A DNA stretch of 13,155 nt from an uncultured bacterium (GCA_964510165.1 CAZEBC010000114.1:1-13155); one strand, 5' to 3'. Numbered from the stretch's first letter, positions 1-8,107 are shown. Notes: a model not told the origin generated them from the sequence alone. Numbers and translations are program-made.

Positions 1-474
1 TATTCCAACGTCGAATTCCGGCTTGGGGAGATCGAGAATTTGCCGGCCGCCGACGGTTCGGTTGACGCGGTCATCTCGAACTGCGTCATCAATCTGTCGC
101 CGGACAAGCCGAAGGTGTTCAGGGAGGCGTTTCGCGTGCTCAGGCCGGGCGGGCGGATGATGGTGTCGGACATAGTGCTTCTGGCGGAGCTTCCGGACTT
201 CGTGAAGGAGTCCATCGAGGCGTATGTGGGCTGTGTCGCGGGCGCGCTTCTGAAGGACGATTACATTCGAGCCATAGAGGACGCGGGTTTCCGGGGCGTA
301 TCGGTTGTAGGTGAGACGCACTTTCCTGTGGAACTGATGGCCAACGACCCGACGGTGAAGGCGTTCATCGAGAACAGCGACATTCCGATGGAGGAACTCA
401 GAAAGGTCGCGGATTCGGTTGTCAGCATAAAGATTCACGCGACGAAGCCTGCCGGTTTTGGATGTTGCAGTTGA
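1..474 (+). CDS. arsM: Arsenite S-adenosylmethionine methyltransferase (ArsM/AS3MT family), 5'-truncated by the window edge
   Basis: Frame 1 is open from base 1: [59 protein letters not shown]...YVGCVAGAL...GCCS*. It contains the ArsM SNCVINL and GCVAGA Cys motifs and a C-terminal Cys-Cys. Stop TGA at 472-474. Confidence 0.88.
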   Translation, partial: YSNVEFRLGEIENLPAADGSVDAVISNCVINLSPDKPKVFREAFRVLRPGGRMMVSDIVLLAELPDFVKESIEAYVGCVAGALLKDDYIRAIEDAGFRGVSVVGETHFPVELMANDPTVKAFIENSDIPMEELRKVADSVVSIKIHATKPAGFGCCS

Positions 475-1106
475 TGAGTATGGGCGAGAGCAAGAAAATC
501 CTGTACGACAAGTCGCTGCTTGGGCGGTATGAGATTCTCGTCAACCTGTTTCTGTACCCGTTTGGGCTTCGGAGTTTTGTGCTTGATGAGGTTTCACTCA
601 AAGAGGGCGAGCGGGTCCTGGACGCCGGCTGCGGCGACGGGCTGTTGAGCCTTGCGATTCGGGCAAAAGCGGAGAAGAATCGGCTTCGAGATGTCGAGCA
701 GCATGCGTTCGACATCTCGGCCGATATGCTCGAGGCGTTCAAAGAGCGGGACGCCGACGGGATTGATTTGCGCCGACTCGACGTGCGCGAGCTCTCGTAC
801 GAGGATGATTATTTCGATTTGATCGTCAGTTCTGCGATGCTCGAGTACGTGCCCGACCTGGAAGAGGCGCTGGCGTCGCTCAGAAGATGTCTCAAGCCGG
901 GTGGTCGCATGCTCGTCTTCATGTCGAGGAAGTCTCCGGTCAACAGTCTGCTTTTCCTTCCGTTTGGTAATCCGAAGTGCTATTCTTATGGGGAATTGGC
1001 GGACGCGTTCGGCCGAGCGGGTTTTCGGAACATGCGAAGGCACAAGTTTCCTCTCAAGACGTGCTGGTTGAACGCGTGGGGTGTCATAATCGAGGCCAGC
1101 AAGTGA
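474..1106 (+). CDS. Class I SAM-dependent methyltransferase (Methyltransf_11/UbiE-like), substrate unknown
   Basis: Motif I VLDAGCGDG, post-I FDISADML, FDLIVSSAMLEYV and LKPGGRM are present. ATG at 474 overlaps the arsM stop (TGATG), which suggests translational coupling. ATG 462 or 480 are alternative starts. Confidence 0.88.
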   Translation: MSMGESKKILYDKSLLGRYEILVNLFLYPFGLRSFVLDEVSLKEGERVLDAGCGDGLLSLAIRAKAEKNRLRDVEQHAFDISADMLEAFKERDADGIDLRRLDVRELSYEDDYFDLIVSSAMLEYVPDLEEALASLRRCLKPGGRMLVFMSRKSPVNSLLFLPFGNPKCYSYGELADAFGRAGFRNMRRHKFPLKTCWLNAWGVIIEASK

Positions 1107-1140
1107 AGCGTACAGCGGCCACAGCCACAAGCAAGCGTTA

Positions 1141-1175
1141 AATTGGGGACATCATGCCGCATGATGTCCCCAATT
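1141..1175. repeat. Perfect 17-bp inverted repeat (REP-like GGGGAC...GTCCCC family)
   Basis: aattggggacatcatgc (1141-1157), then c, then gcatgatgtccccaatt (1159-1175); the arms are exact reverse complements. Confidence 0.9.
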
Positions 1176-1237
1176 CAACGGAGGAATTGCGGCGGGAATT
1201 CAAGATTTCAAAGCAAGCAATGCGGGAGAGCGGCGGC

Positions 1238-2407
1238 ATGCCACACGATACGATGACGGCGGAGCAGCGGTTTCGAACGGCGATAGAACTGGGCGCGCCC
1301 GACCGGGTACCCGTGGCGCCGATGATTTATTATTTCGCCGCATTTTACGCCGGTATCACCGTACACGAGTTGTGGTCGGACCCGGAGAAGTACCGCTTCG
1401 CGATCGAGAAATGTTTCCATGAACTCGGGCCGTGGGACGTCTACTATCCCATCAATCCACTGACGCCCGAGGCGTACACGTTCATCCTGCCAATGAAGAT
1501 AAAGTATCCGGGGGTAGACCTGCCGCCGGACAACATCTGCCAGGTGATCGAGGAACCCATTATGGCGGCGGACGAATATGCGCGCTTTGCCGCCAGCCGA
1601 GCGCCTCTGCCGCTACTCAAGTACGCCAATTTCCTGCTGACGCTGGCGTGCCGCGTGCAGCGCGAGCCGGTGAAAGGCCTGTGGACCAGGCTGCGCGTAC
1701 TCAAGAAACTGCTTGACCAAGCGGGGGCGTGGCGCGCGGAGTTCGCACGGTGGCAGGAGCGTGGCGTGGCGATACAGCACGGGCTGTGCGCTGAGGCCCC
1801 GTTCGACACGTTTTCGATGTCGCGCGGGGTCGTTGATTTCTCCTATGACCTGATGGAACGGCCGGAGGAATTGCGCGACTGTGCGCTTGCGCTGTCGGAC
1901 GGGTATGTGCAGGTGACGGACAGGTTCACGCGTCGAACGGGCGTGCCGCGCGCGCTGGTGTTTTGCCACCGGACGTCGAACGATTTCATGTCGCCGAGAC
2001 ATTTCGAGGAATATGCGCTGCCTTCGCTCAAGGCGATAGTCGAGGGGTTGCTCGCGCGGGGAATCACTCCGATCCTGCATTGCGACGGGGATTGGGGGAA
2101 GAACCTCGACTGTCTGCACGAGTTTCCGAAGGCGAAGGTGGTGCTTCAGTTCGACGGCAGGACCGACATCTTCCGCGCAAAGGAAATCATTGGGGAGCAC
2201 TGCTGCATATTCGGCGACGTGCCCGCCGCGATGCTCGCGTTTGGGGGGAAGGAGGAGGTCAGCGATTACTGTAAGAAGCTGATGGAGGTGGTCGGCAGGC
2301 GCGGCGGATTTGTGCTCGGGGCCGGCTGCGAGATTCCGCCCAATGCGCGTCCGGAGAACGTGAAAGCGATGATAGAGGCGCCGAAGAAGTTCGGATATTA
2401 CGGCTGA
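1238..2407 (+). CDS. Uroporphyrinogen decarboxylase superfamily protein (MtaA/CmuA/MT2-like corrinoid methyltransferase family)
   Basis: N-terminal MTAEQRFRTAIELGAPDRVPVAP, EAPFDTFSMSRG, FMSPRHFEEY, LHCDG, CIFGDVP and C-terminal GGFVLGAGCEIPPNARPENVKAMIE are typical of the family. ATG 1238 has GGAGAG 7 nt upstream. The ORF-track start at 1154 lies inside the palindrome and is less likely. Confidence 0.85.
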   Translation: MPHDTMTAEQRFRTAIELGAPDRVPVAPMIYYFAAFYAGITVHELWSDPEKYRFAIEKCFHELGPWDVYYPINPLTPEAYTFILPMKIKYPGVDLPPDNICQVIEEPIMAADEYARFAASRAPLPLLKYANFLLTLACRVQREPVKGLWTRLRVLKKLLDQAGAWRAEFARWQERGVAIQHGLCAEAPFDTFSMSRGVVDFSYDLMERPEELRDCALALSDGYVQVTDRFTRRTGVPRALVFCHRTSNDFMSPRHFEEYALPSLKAIVEGLLARGITPILHCDGDWGKNLDCLHEFPKAKVVLQFDGRTDIFRAKEIIGEHCCIFGDVPAAMLAFGGKEEVSDYCKKLMEVVGRRGGFVLGAGCEIPPNARPENVKAMIEAPKKFGYYG

Positions 2408-2422
2408 TAATATCCGCCTTCG

Positions 2423-2455
2423 AATCCCCCTACCCCCTTGGCGAAAGGGGGAATT
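2423..2455. repeat. CCCCCT-type short palindromic/mirror repeat (intrastrand-triplex-like)
   Basis: aatccccctacccccttggcgaaagggggaatt: hairpin ccccctt (2433-2439) / aaggggg (2445-2451), preceded by a mirror tccccc tract. Confidence 0.65.
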
Positions 2456-2477
2456 AATCAAGTTGGAAGCTGGGGAA

Positions 2478-2516
2478 AAAAGCGGGGACACGATAATTCA
2501 TCATGTCCCCGGTTTT
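2478..2516. terminator. GGGGAC-family hairpin, probable bidirectional terminator between convergent genes
   Basis: aaaa-g-cggggaca-c-gat-aattc-atc-a-tgtccccg-g-tttt. The GC stem has an A run on the left and a T run on the right, and lies between the stops at 2407 (+) and 2525 (-). Confidence 0.6.
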
Positions 2517-2524
2517 GCTTGTAT

Positions 2525-4279
2525 TCACCTGTGCCGGTACACGAGCACATTGCGGCTGTCGTATGTCTCGAATATCAGAGGAAACGTCTTGATGAGCACG
2601 TAGTTCTGTTTGAACCACGGGTCGTCAAAGAGGCTTTCCACCCCGAAGATTTCCATGGTCACAATCCAATCGGCGTTGACAGCTCTCGCGAAAGCGGCCG
2701 AAATGCTGCCAGTGTTCGGTCCGACCCGCTTGCCGAATGGGACTGGCAGGAACGGTATGGCCTCGGGGGTGACAAGCCCGCAGGCGTCGTACAGGTGATT
2801 TCGGGAGTAGAACCCCAGCCCGCCGATTTCCGGAGCGGCTATGGTGTCGGAGGGATTGCCGGTCCGATTTATGAAATTCGCCACATCCCTGTATGTTTGG
2901 GTGCGGAAGTTGTTGCGGGGATTCACAAAATGAAGAGGCAGAAGGGGGAGACCATTGGCGCGCGCGGTGGAAACGGAGGCGGCAGTGAGAATGAGCAAGG
3001 GCGCCGCGGCCGATACCGTGCGAATGAGGAATCCTTGCTGTTCAACATTATACCGCCTGCACACGTCTGCGACTGCCTCGGCAGTGAGACAGGCTATTCC
3101 GGTCATCAGGAAGAGATACCATCCAATGAACACAATGGGGAAATACCAATCAAAGAACAACGGGTTACTGACGCCATAGAATGAGAGGATGAGAAGCGGA
3201 AAGAGCGGGATCACGAACCACGTTTTCCGCTCGGGGGGCTTTCGGAGCGCGAGGCCGGCGGCGGCCGCGAGCGTCGCGACTCCCAGCCAGAACCTTCCTC
3301 CTGGAGGAGAGGAAATCCCATACGCCATTTTCTCCAAGATATATTGGATCGCGTAGCCCGGCGGCAAAGGATAGAGGGGTCGGGATTTCGCGATAAGGGA
3401 ATGATAGACGGGAGTTCCGTAGTACACAGTGGCGAAGGCAGTCCACACGACACCGGGCAGCATGCCGGCTGCAAGAAATGGAAGCGGCTTTTTCCTGTCA
3501 TGGAGCAGCCATACGAGTCCGACCGGAAGCGCGCAGAAGATGCCCTCGGGCCGAGCCATGATGGAGAGTCCCGCCAGCGCGCTTGCGAGGATGTATCTGC
3601 CGGACATCAGGAACAGGAACGAGAACAAGACCAGGGCGCAGAAAAGAAAGGTTTCGTTCCCGCCCAGCGAAACCGTCATCATATCGTGCCGAAGCAGAAA
3701 CAGGCTGGCAGCAAGCGCACCCACCGCGGCCGAGCCGAGAAGCTTTCGGAACAAGAAGAGCAATCCGACTGCCGCCGCACAGTAGAAAATGACGTTGCCC
3801 CTGATTGCGAGCGAAGGGATTTCAATGTCCGGCAGAACAACCTTCAGGACCACGAGCCATCCCATATAGAGCGGTGTGGTGCTCCCAAACACTCGCTCGC
3901 CCGGGTTGTACACCAGGCCATGCCCCTCGAAGAGGTTGCTCACATAGCGAAACGTGATGAACGAGTCGTCATAGGGGATGGAGTACGCCTCGAAATGCAG
4001 ATAGACGGCATATGCGCAGCAGAGGATGAAGAAGAAGATTGAGGCGATCGGGACAGGCCCGACTGTGGCAAGCAGCAGTTTCCCCCTCGCCTTGCCCGCT
4101 CCCTCACGACACGCAATACAGACAGCGGCAAACACAGTGCTGCGGAGTCGCAACCAAAGCTCCCTCACCCTGCCCCCTCCCACTGGGAGAGGGTGTCCGG
4201 ACTCCAGGCCCTCTTCCACTGGGAGAGGGTTGGGGTGAGGGGCTTCGGAACCCTCGGAGTTTCTGAGCGACCCTGTCAT
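2525..4279 (-). CDS. Polytopic membrane glycosyltransferase of GT-C type (AftB/GT39-like), start uncertain
   Basis: After the first TM helix comes DDSFITFRYVSNLFEGHGLVYNPGERVFGSTTPLY, then GNET and ARPEG motifs, many TM segments, and a soluble C-terminal domain (IAAPEIGGLGFYS...DACGLVT). ATG 4279 lies 2 nt after the upstream stop at 4282; TTG 4153 is an alternative. The ORF-track start at 4600 overlaps the HEAT gene. Confidence 0.75.
   Translation of the reverse strand: MTGSLRNSEGSEAPHPNPLPVEEGLESGHPLPVGGGRVRELWLRLRSTVFAAVCIACREGAGKARGKLLLATVGPVPIASIFFFILCCAYAVYLHFEAYSIPYDDSFITFRYVSNLFEGHGLVYNPGERVFGSTTPLYMGWLVVLKVVLPDIEIPSLAIRGNVIFYCAAAVGLLFLFRKLLGSAAVGALAASLFLLRHDMMTVSLGGNETFLFCALVLFSFLFLMSGRYILASALAGLSIMARPEGIFCALPVGLVWLLHDRKKPLPFLAAGMLPGVVWTAFATVYYGTPVYHSLIAKSRPLYPLPPGYAIQYILEKMAYGISSPPGGRFWLGVATLAAAAGLALRKPPERKTWFVIPLFPLLILSFYGVSNPLFFDWYFPIVFIGWYLFLMTGIACLTAEAVADVCRRYNVEQQGFLIRTVSAAAPLLILTAASVSTARANGLPLLPLHFVNPRNNFRTQTYRDVANFINRTGNPSDTIAAPEIGGLGFYSRNHLYDACGLVTPEAIPFLPVPFGKRVGPNTGSISAAFARAVNADWIVTMEIFGVESLFDDPWFKQNYVLIKTFPLIFETYDSRNVLVYRHR
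4162..4241. repeat. Inverted pair of CCCTCNCCC..GGGNGAGGG..GGGNGAGGG elements (BoxC/intrastrand-triplex-motif-like REP doublet)
   Basis: Copy 1, ccctcaccctgccccctcccactgggagaggg (4162-4193), and copy 2, ccctcttccactgggagagggttggggtgaggg (4209-4241), are imperfect reverse complements. The spacer contains the palindrome gtccggac (4195-4202). Confidence 0.8.
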
Positions 4280-4281
4280 GT

Positions 4282-5502
4282 TTACCGCTTGACACTCATC
4301 AGTGACTGCTCGAATAACGGCTGTTCGGGGAGCTTGTCGGGGTTCTCTTGGAGCCACTTGGAGTAGGGCGCTCGCAGGTCGTCGGTGGTCTTCCCGGCAA
4401 AACGGCGACCGTCCGAGTCCCAATACATTCCTGTCATCTTCGCGAGAGCCTTGTCCGCGTCGCGCCTGACGTCTATTTCCGGGTCGGCAAGCAGTTCCAT
4501 GAGCGTCGTAAGAGTATGGCGAGAAGGGTACCCGTAAAGCTGCTCGATCACGTCCTGCCGCACTCGTTTGTTCGGATGCCGGCTGAGCGAAAGAAGGCAT
4601 TCGTACGCTTGTGGATGTTTGAGTTTGCCCAGTGCGTGGATAAAGGATATGTCATATGAAAATCCGGAATAGCTTCGGTCGGCCTTGGGGGGCGGAAGGT
4701 CCAGCACGGAGAGCATTTGGGGCACTATCGAGGGGTCGCCCATTTCGGCGATTGCGCTGATCATTCCGGGCAATTGCTCGCTCATGGCGGGGTCCGACAA
4801 CAGCCGGAGCATGGTGTCGAGGGCCCGGGGTTCCTTTCGCTCGGCGAGTTCAAACGCCGCCCAGAGGCGAACCTGCGGATTGGGATTCTCGAGCAATGCG
4901 AGCAGCGCCTCGGTAGCCTTATCGCCGGGGATGTCGCCGATCACTTGTGCCAGTATGAAGGTGTTGGGAGCGTTCGGCCCGTCGTTTGCAGCATTGAGAA
5001 TTTCCGGAACGACAGATTCTCCGCGCCTCACAAGTTCTTTTCGCGCAGGCTCGAAGAAATCGGAAAAATCATGTCGCGCGTCGTCGATGAGCTTTGACGT
5101 GGGATGAAACCTCGGTATGACAGGATATGCGTTTCTCCCGCTGGCAAATGTGCAGACGACGGCGAGAGCAAGCGCAACCAATCTCAGCTTGCTTGAGGGC
5201 GCCGAAGGCTTGATGCGTGTGACAAGAACCGCCGAAAAAGCGATGAAACTGAGTATGCCCGCTCCGATCCCGGCGGCAACCATGAACGCGATGACCGCGA
5301 TGCCAGCCCATTCTCCGCTCAGGTCCAGCAACAACATGGCCAGGATGCCTATACCAAAGGCAGCGACCAATCCGACCACCAAGGAGCCGGCCAGCGCGAG
5401 CAGGACCGCCTTTCCTTGTATGGTTGCTCCGGCGGCATACATGAAAAGGCCGATTGCCGCGACGCCCCAAAGCACGGCGTACAGCGTGGCATAAAATTGC
5501 AT
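4282..5502 (-). CDS. Membrane protein with about 4 N-terminal TM helices and C-terminal HEAT (PBS-lyase-like) repeats
   Basis: The first ~120 aa are hydrophobic. Repeats follow, such as ALLALLENPNPQVRLWAAFELAE, LSRHPNKRVRQDVIEQL and LLADPEIDVRRDADKALAK. SD AAGGGAG precedes ATG 5502. Confidence 0.8.
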   Translation of the reverse strand: MQFYATLYAVLWGVAAIGLFMYAAGATIQGKAVLLALAGSLVVGLVAAFGIGILAMLLLDLSGEWAGIAVIAFMVAAGIGAGILSFIAFSAVLVTRIKPSAPSSKLRLVALALAVVCTFASGRNAYPVIPRFHPTSKLIDDARHDFSDFFEPARKELVRRGESVVPEILNAANDGPNAPNTFILAQVIGDIPGDKATEALLALLENPNPQVRLWAAFELAERKEPRALDTMLRLLSDPAMSEQLPGMISAIAEMGDPSIVPQMLSVLDLPPPKADRSYSGFSYDISFIHALGKLKHPQAYECLLSLSRHPNKRVRQDVIEQLYGYPSRHTLTTLMELLADPEIDVRRDADKALAKMTGMYWDSDGRRFAGKTTDDLRAPYSKWLQENPDKLPEQPLFEQSLMSVKR

Positions 5503-5648
5503 GGTTCTCCCTTTCGGATATGGATAACTCTACTGGAAGCGCCCTGCGAAATCAAGTATGCGATGCCACCTTAGCTTCCCGTGCAGCTTGGACAGGTTTC
5601 ACGGTTGAATGTGCTAATGTTTGGGAACCGCAAGCAACTATCCTACCC

Positions 5649-5758
5649 ACCAATTACGCGAAACAAGGGGAACCGCGAATGCGCGCGAATGTCCGAAGGG
5701 CATGGGGAAAGAGGGAAAGTGGGGAAAGGGAACCACGAATTACACGAAACACGCGAAT
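5649..5758 (+). repeat. Cluster of short ~9-nt (CACGAA/CGCGAA) and purine-rich (GGGGAAA) tandem repeats
   Basis: accacgaat-tacacgaaa-cacgcgaat (5732-5758), aaccgcgaat-gcgcgcgaat-gtccgaa (5671-5697), and ggggaaa-gagggaaa-gtggggaaa-gggaa (5704-5732). Confidence 0.6.
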
Positions 5759-5812
5759 TGATTTGTCAACCGGAAACCGTGGACCTTTCGGGATTCAAAG
5801 CAGCGGAGAGTC

Positions 5813-5838
5813 TGGGCGAACACGAGGCTCGCCCCTGC
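5813..5838 (-). repeat. GTAG-family-like REP (GCAG variant)
   Basis: The minus strand reads GCAG-GGGCGAGC-CTCGT-GTTCGCCC: a tetranucleotide foot followed by a GC-rich hairpin. Confidence 0.6.
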
Positions 5839-5869
5839 GAGAAAGACGAGAATTACGGACAGTTCTGCC

Positions 5870-7873
5870 CTACCCTATCTGCACGAGGACCGAGCCTTTC
5901 TTGACTGAGTCGCCGGACTTGCAGTTGACGGCGAGCACTTTGCCGCTGATTGGCGCAGTGAGCGTGTTCTCGACCTTCATCGCCTCGAGGATAACCACGG
6001 GGTCGCCCGCATTGACTGAGTCGCCCTCGCTGACAAGCACCTTGATAATGACGCCCGGCATAGGCGCACTGACCGCCGTAGCCCCTGCAACCGTTGCGAT
6101 GGCCGGATTGGGCGCAGGCACCGGTTTTGCCGGTGCGGCAGCGCTCGACGGCTGGGGAGCGGGCTGCGGAGGCGCGGGCTTCACAGTCGCGCCGGTTCTG
6201 GCGATGTTCTGAATGACCGGCTTTCCACCGGGTTCATCGACGGTGACCTCGAAGTGCTGCCCGTCCACGAACACGTTGAACGTACGGGCGGCGGGTCCCT
6301 TGGCGGGTGCTTCTTTCTTCGCGGCTTCGGCCTTGGACTTCTCAACCAACTCGCCTTTGAGCGCTTTCTGGATGAGTTCGTCCTCGCGCCGCGCGTCCTC
6401 GAGAGTCTTGGGCTTGAGCCCTTCGGGTACCGGCTCAAGGCCATACTTCCACTTGAGGAAGCGCTTGCCGGTGACGGGATAGAGCGCGACGATGAGGACG
6501 TCGCCGTCGTTCTTCGCGAGGCCCTTGCCTTCCTCGCGCGCCTTTTCCATGCCCGGTTCGAGCAGGTCCGCGGGCCGCTTGTCTGTGGGGGTTTGTCCGC
6601 GCGGATAGTCCTTCAGTCCGATCTCGAGCACCTTCTTGTCTATGGGTGCTGGGGTCCTGCCGTAGAGGCCGAAGAGGTAATCCTTGACCTGGTCGGAAAC
6701 CATCTTGTAGCGACCGAACAAAACGTTCTGCACGGCCTGTATGCCGACGATCTGGCTCGTGGGCGTGACGAGCGGGGGATAGCCGAGTTCCTTTCGGGTG
6801 CGCGGGAGTTCCTCGTACACTTCACTGATGCGGTCGAGCGCGTCGGCCTCGCGGAGCTGGCTGACGAGGTTGGTGGTCATGCCGCCGGGTATCTGGTGAA
6901 TGAGCACGCCCGTATCAATGATGGACATGCGCGTGGTGTCGAGGAACTGCCGGTATTTGGGCGCGATGGACTCGATGTATTCGCCCATCTGGACGAGTTC
7001 GTTCAGGTCGAGGCCGGGGTCGCGGTCGGTCCCCTGGAGCGCGACCAGCAGCGGCTCGATGGCGGGCTGAGACGAGCGGAGCGCGAACGGCGCAAGCGCG
7101 GTATCGATGATATCAACACCCGCCTCGACGGCCTTGAGGTAGCTCATCGAGGCCATGCCGCTCGTGTAGTGCGTATGCAGGCAGATGGGGATGGAGACGG
7201 CGTCCTTGAGCGCGCTGATGAGGTCGTATGCGTCCATGGGCGAGATGAGTCCGGCCATATCCTTCACGCAGAGGATGTCAGCGCCCATCTTCTCGAGGGT
7301 CTTCGCCTTGTTGACAAAATATTTGATGTTGAATACGGGGCCGCCGAGCCTGCGCTCGGTGAGCGAATAGCAGATGGTCCCTTGGATCGTCTTGCCGGCT
7401 TTCTTGATTTCATCGAACGAGGTTTCGAAGTTGCGCTCATCGTTGAGCGCGTCGAACACGCGGAACACGTCGATGCCGGCCTCGGCGGACTCCTTCACGA
7501 ACGCGCGCACGACGTCGTCGGGATAATGGCGGTATCCGACGAGGTTCTGGCCGCGCAAAAGCATCTGGAGCGGCGTGTCGGGGATCATCTTCTTGAGCGT
7601 GCGCAGCCGCTCCCACGGGTCTTCGTTGAGGAAGCGGGTGGGCACGTCGAACGTGGCGCCGCCCCACACCTCGAGCGAGTGGAAGCCCACGCGGTTCATG
7701 CGCTCGGCGATGGGGAGCATGTCCTCGGTGCGCATGCGCGTGGCGAGCGTGGACTGGTGGCCGTCGCGAAGCGTCGTATCGGTGATCTTCACCGGATTCT
7801 TGCCGGTTGATTTCGAGCCTTTTTTTTCGTCCTTCTTCTTGCGGATCTTGTCTTTATCCTTATTGTGTCCCAT
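5870..7873 (-). CDS. oadA: Pyruvate/oxaloacetate carboxyltransferase fused to a C-terminal biotinyl domain (OadA/PycB family; transcarboxylase 5S+1.3S-like)
   Basis: DTTLRDGHQS, EVWGGATFD, LLRGQNLVGY, KDMAG, HTH metal ligands, QIPGGM and YPPLVTPTSQIVG are present. An Ala/Pro linker leads to the biotinyl domain APMPG...EAMKVEN. SD AGGAGGA at 7881-7887. The symbol marks the family only; pycB fits equally. Confidence 0.92.
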   Translation of the reverse strand: MGHNKDKDKIRKKKDEKKGSKSTGKNPVKITDTTLRDGHQSTLATRMRTEDMLPIAERMNRVGFHSLEVWGGATFDVPTRFLNEDPWERLRTLKKMIPDTPLQMLLRGQNLVGYRHYPDDVVRAFVKESAEAGIDVFRVFDALNDERNFETSFDEIKKAGKTIQGTICYSLTERRLGGPVFNIKYFVNKAKTLEKMGADILCVKDMAGLISPMDAYDLISALKDAVSIPICLHTHYTSGMASMSYLKAVEAGVDIIDTALAPFALRSSQPAIEPLLVALQGTDRDPGLDLNELVQMGEYIESIAPKYRQFLDTTRMSIIDTGVLIHQIPGGMTTNLVSQLREADALDRISEVYEELPRTRKELGYPPLVTPTSQIVGIQAVQNVLFGRYKMVSDQVKDYLFGLYGRTPAPIDKKVLEIGLKDYPRGQTPTDKRPADLLEPGMEKAREEGKGLAKNDGDVLIVALYPVTGKRFLKWKYGLEPVPEGLKPKTLEDARREDELIQKALKGELVEKSKAEAAKKEAPAKGPAARTFNVFVDGQHFEVTVDEPGGKPVIQNIARTGATVKPAPPQPAPQPSSAAAPAKPVPAPNPAIATVAGATAVSAPMPGVIIKVLVSEGDSVNAGDPVVILEAMKVENTLTAPISGKVLAVNCKSGDSVKKGSVLVQIG

Positions 7874-7915
7874 TCCGATTTCCTCCTGAAATATGACGCG
7901 AGAAGCCCGTGCGGC

Positions 7916-8107
7916 TCATCTCGGTACGATGCGAAGCTGCCACATCTGACGATGGCGCATGATTTCCTGACGGCCCGACTGGCTCCACAGGTCAATGGTT
8001 GGCAGCGAGGGTCGTTCCCTGGCCGCTCTTTCTGCCGCCTGTTGGGATTCGATATAGGCGTTTACGCCGGCGCTGATCGCCGCCACAAGTTTCTTGTCAA
8101 GTTCCAT
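7916..8107 (-). CDS. Small accessory protein resembling acyl-CoA carboxylase epsilon-type subunits
   Basis: The 63 aa contain an AAISAGVNAY helix and a W-x-x-SGR motif, a pattern seen in epsilon-like subunits. It has SD AGGGG and lies between the two carboxyltransferase genes on the same strand. Confidence 0.7.
   Translation of the reverse strand: MELDKKLVAAISAGVNAYIESQQAAERAARERPSLPTIDLWSQSGRQEIMRHRQMWQLRIVPR

Noticed and set aside
463-477. CCS followed by TGA TGA at the arsM end as possible selenocysteine recoding
   Set aside because: The catalytic-motif Cys residues seen here use normal Cys codons, the TGATG is explained by overlap with the next start, and I see no clear SECIS hairpin.
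1154-1237. N-terminal extension MPHDVPNS... of the UroD-family ORF, echoing the later MPHDT
   Set aside because: ATG 1154 is buried in a perfect palindrome, while ATG 1238 has a good SD and a family-typical N-terminus. The MPHD echo is probably coincidental.
4280-4600. First 107 codons of the 691-aa ORF-track version of the glycosyltransferase
   Set aside because: They overlap the HEAT gene on the same strand in another frame and do not look protein-like.
5454-6212. 252-aa + strand ORF across the intergenic repeat cluster (and 5581-5904)
   Set aside because: It is a translation of repeat tracts plus the antisense of the biotinyl domain, with no credible RBS or motif.
6254-7810. 518-aa + strand ORF, and similar long antisense ORFs (1613-2491, 2438-3184, 3344-4042, 8245-9087, 10737-11960)
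   Set aside because: They lie opposite well-supported genes, have no recognisable motifs, and are expected shadow ORFs in high-GC coding DNA.
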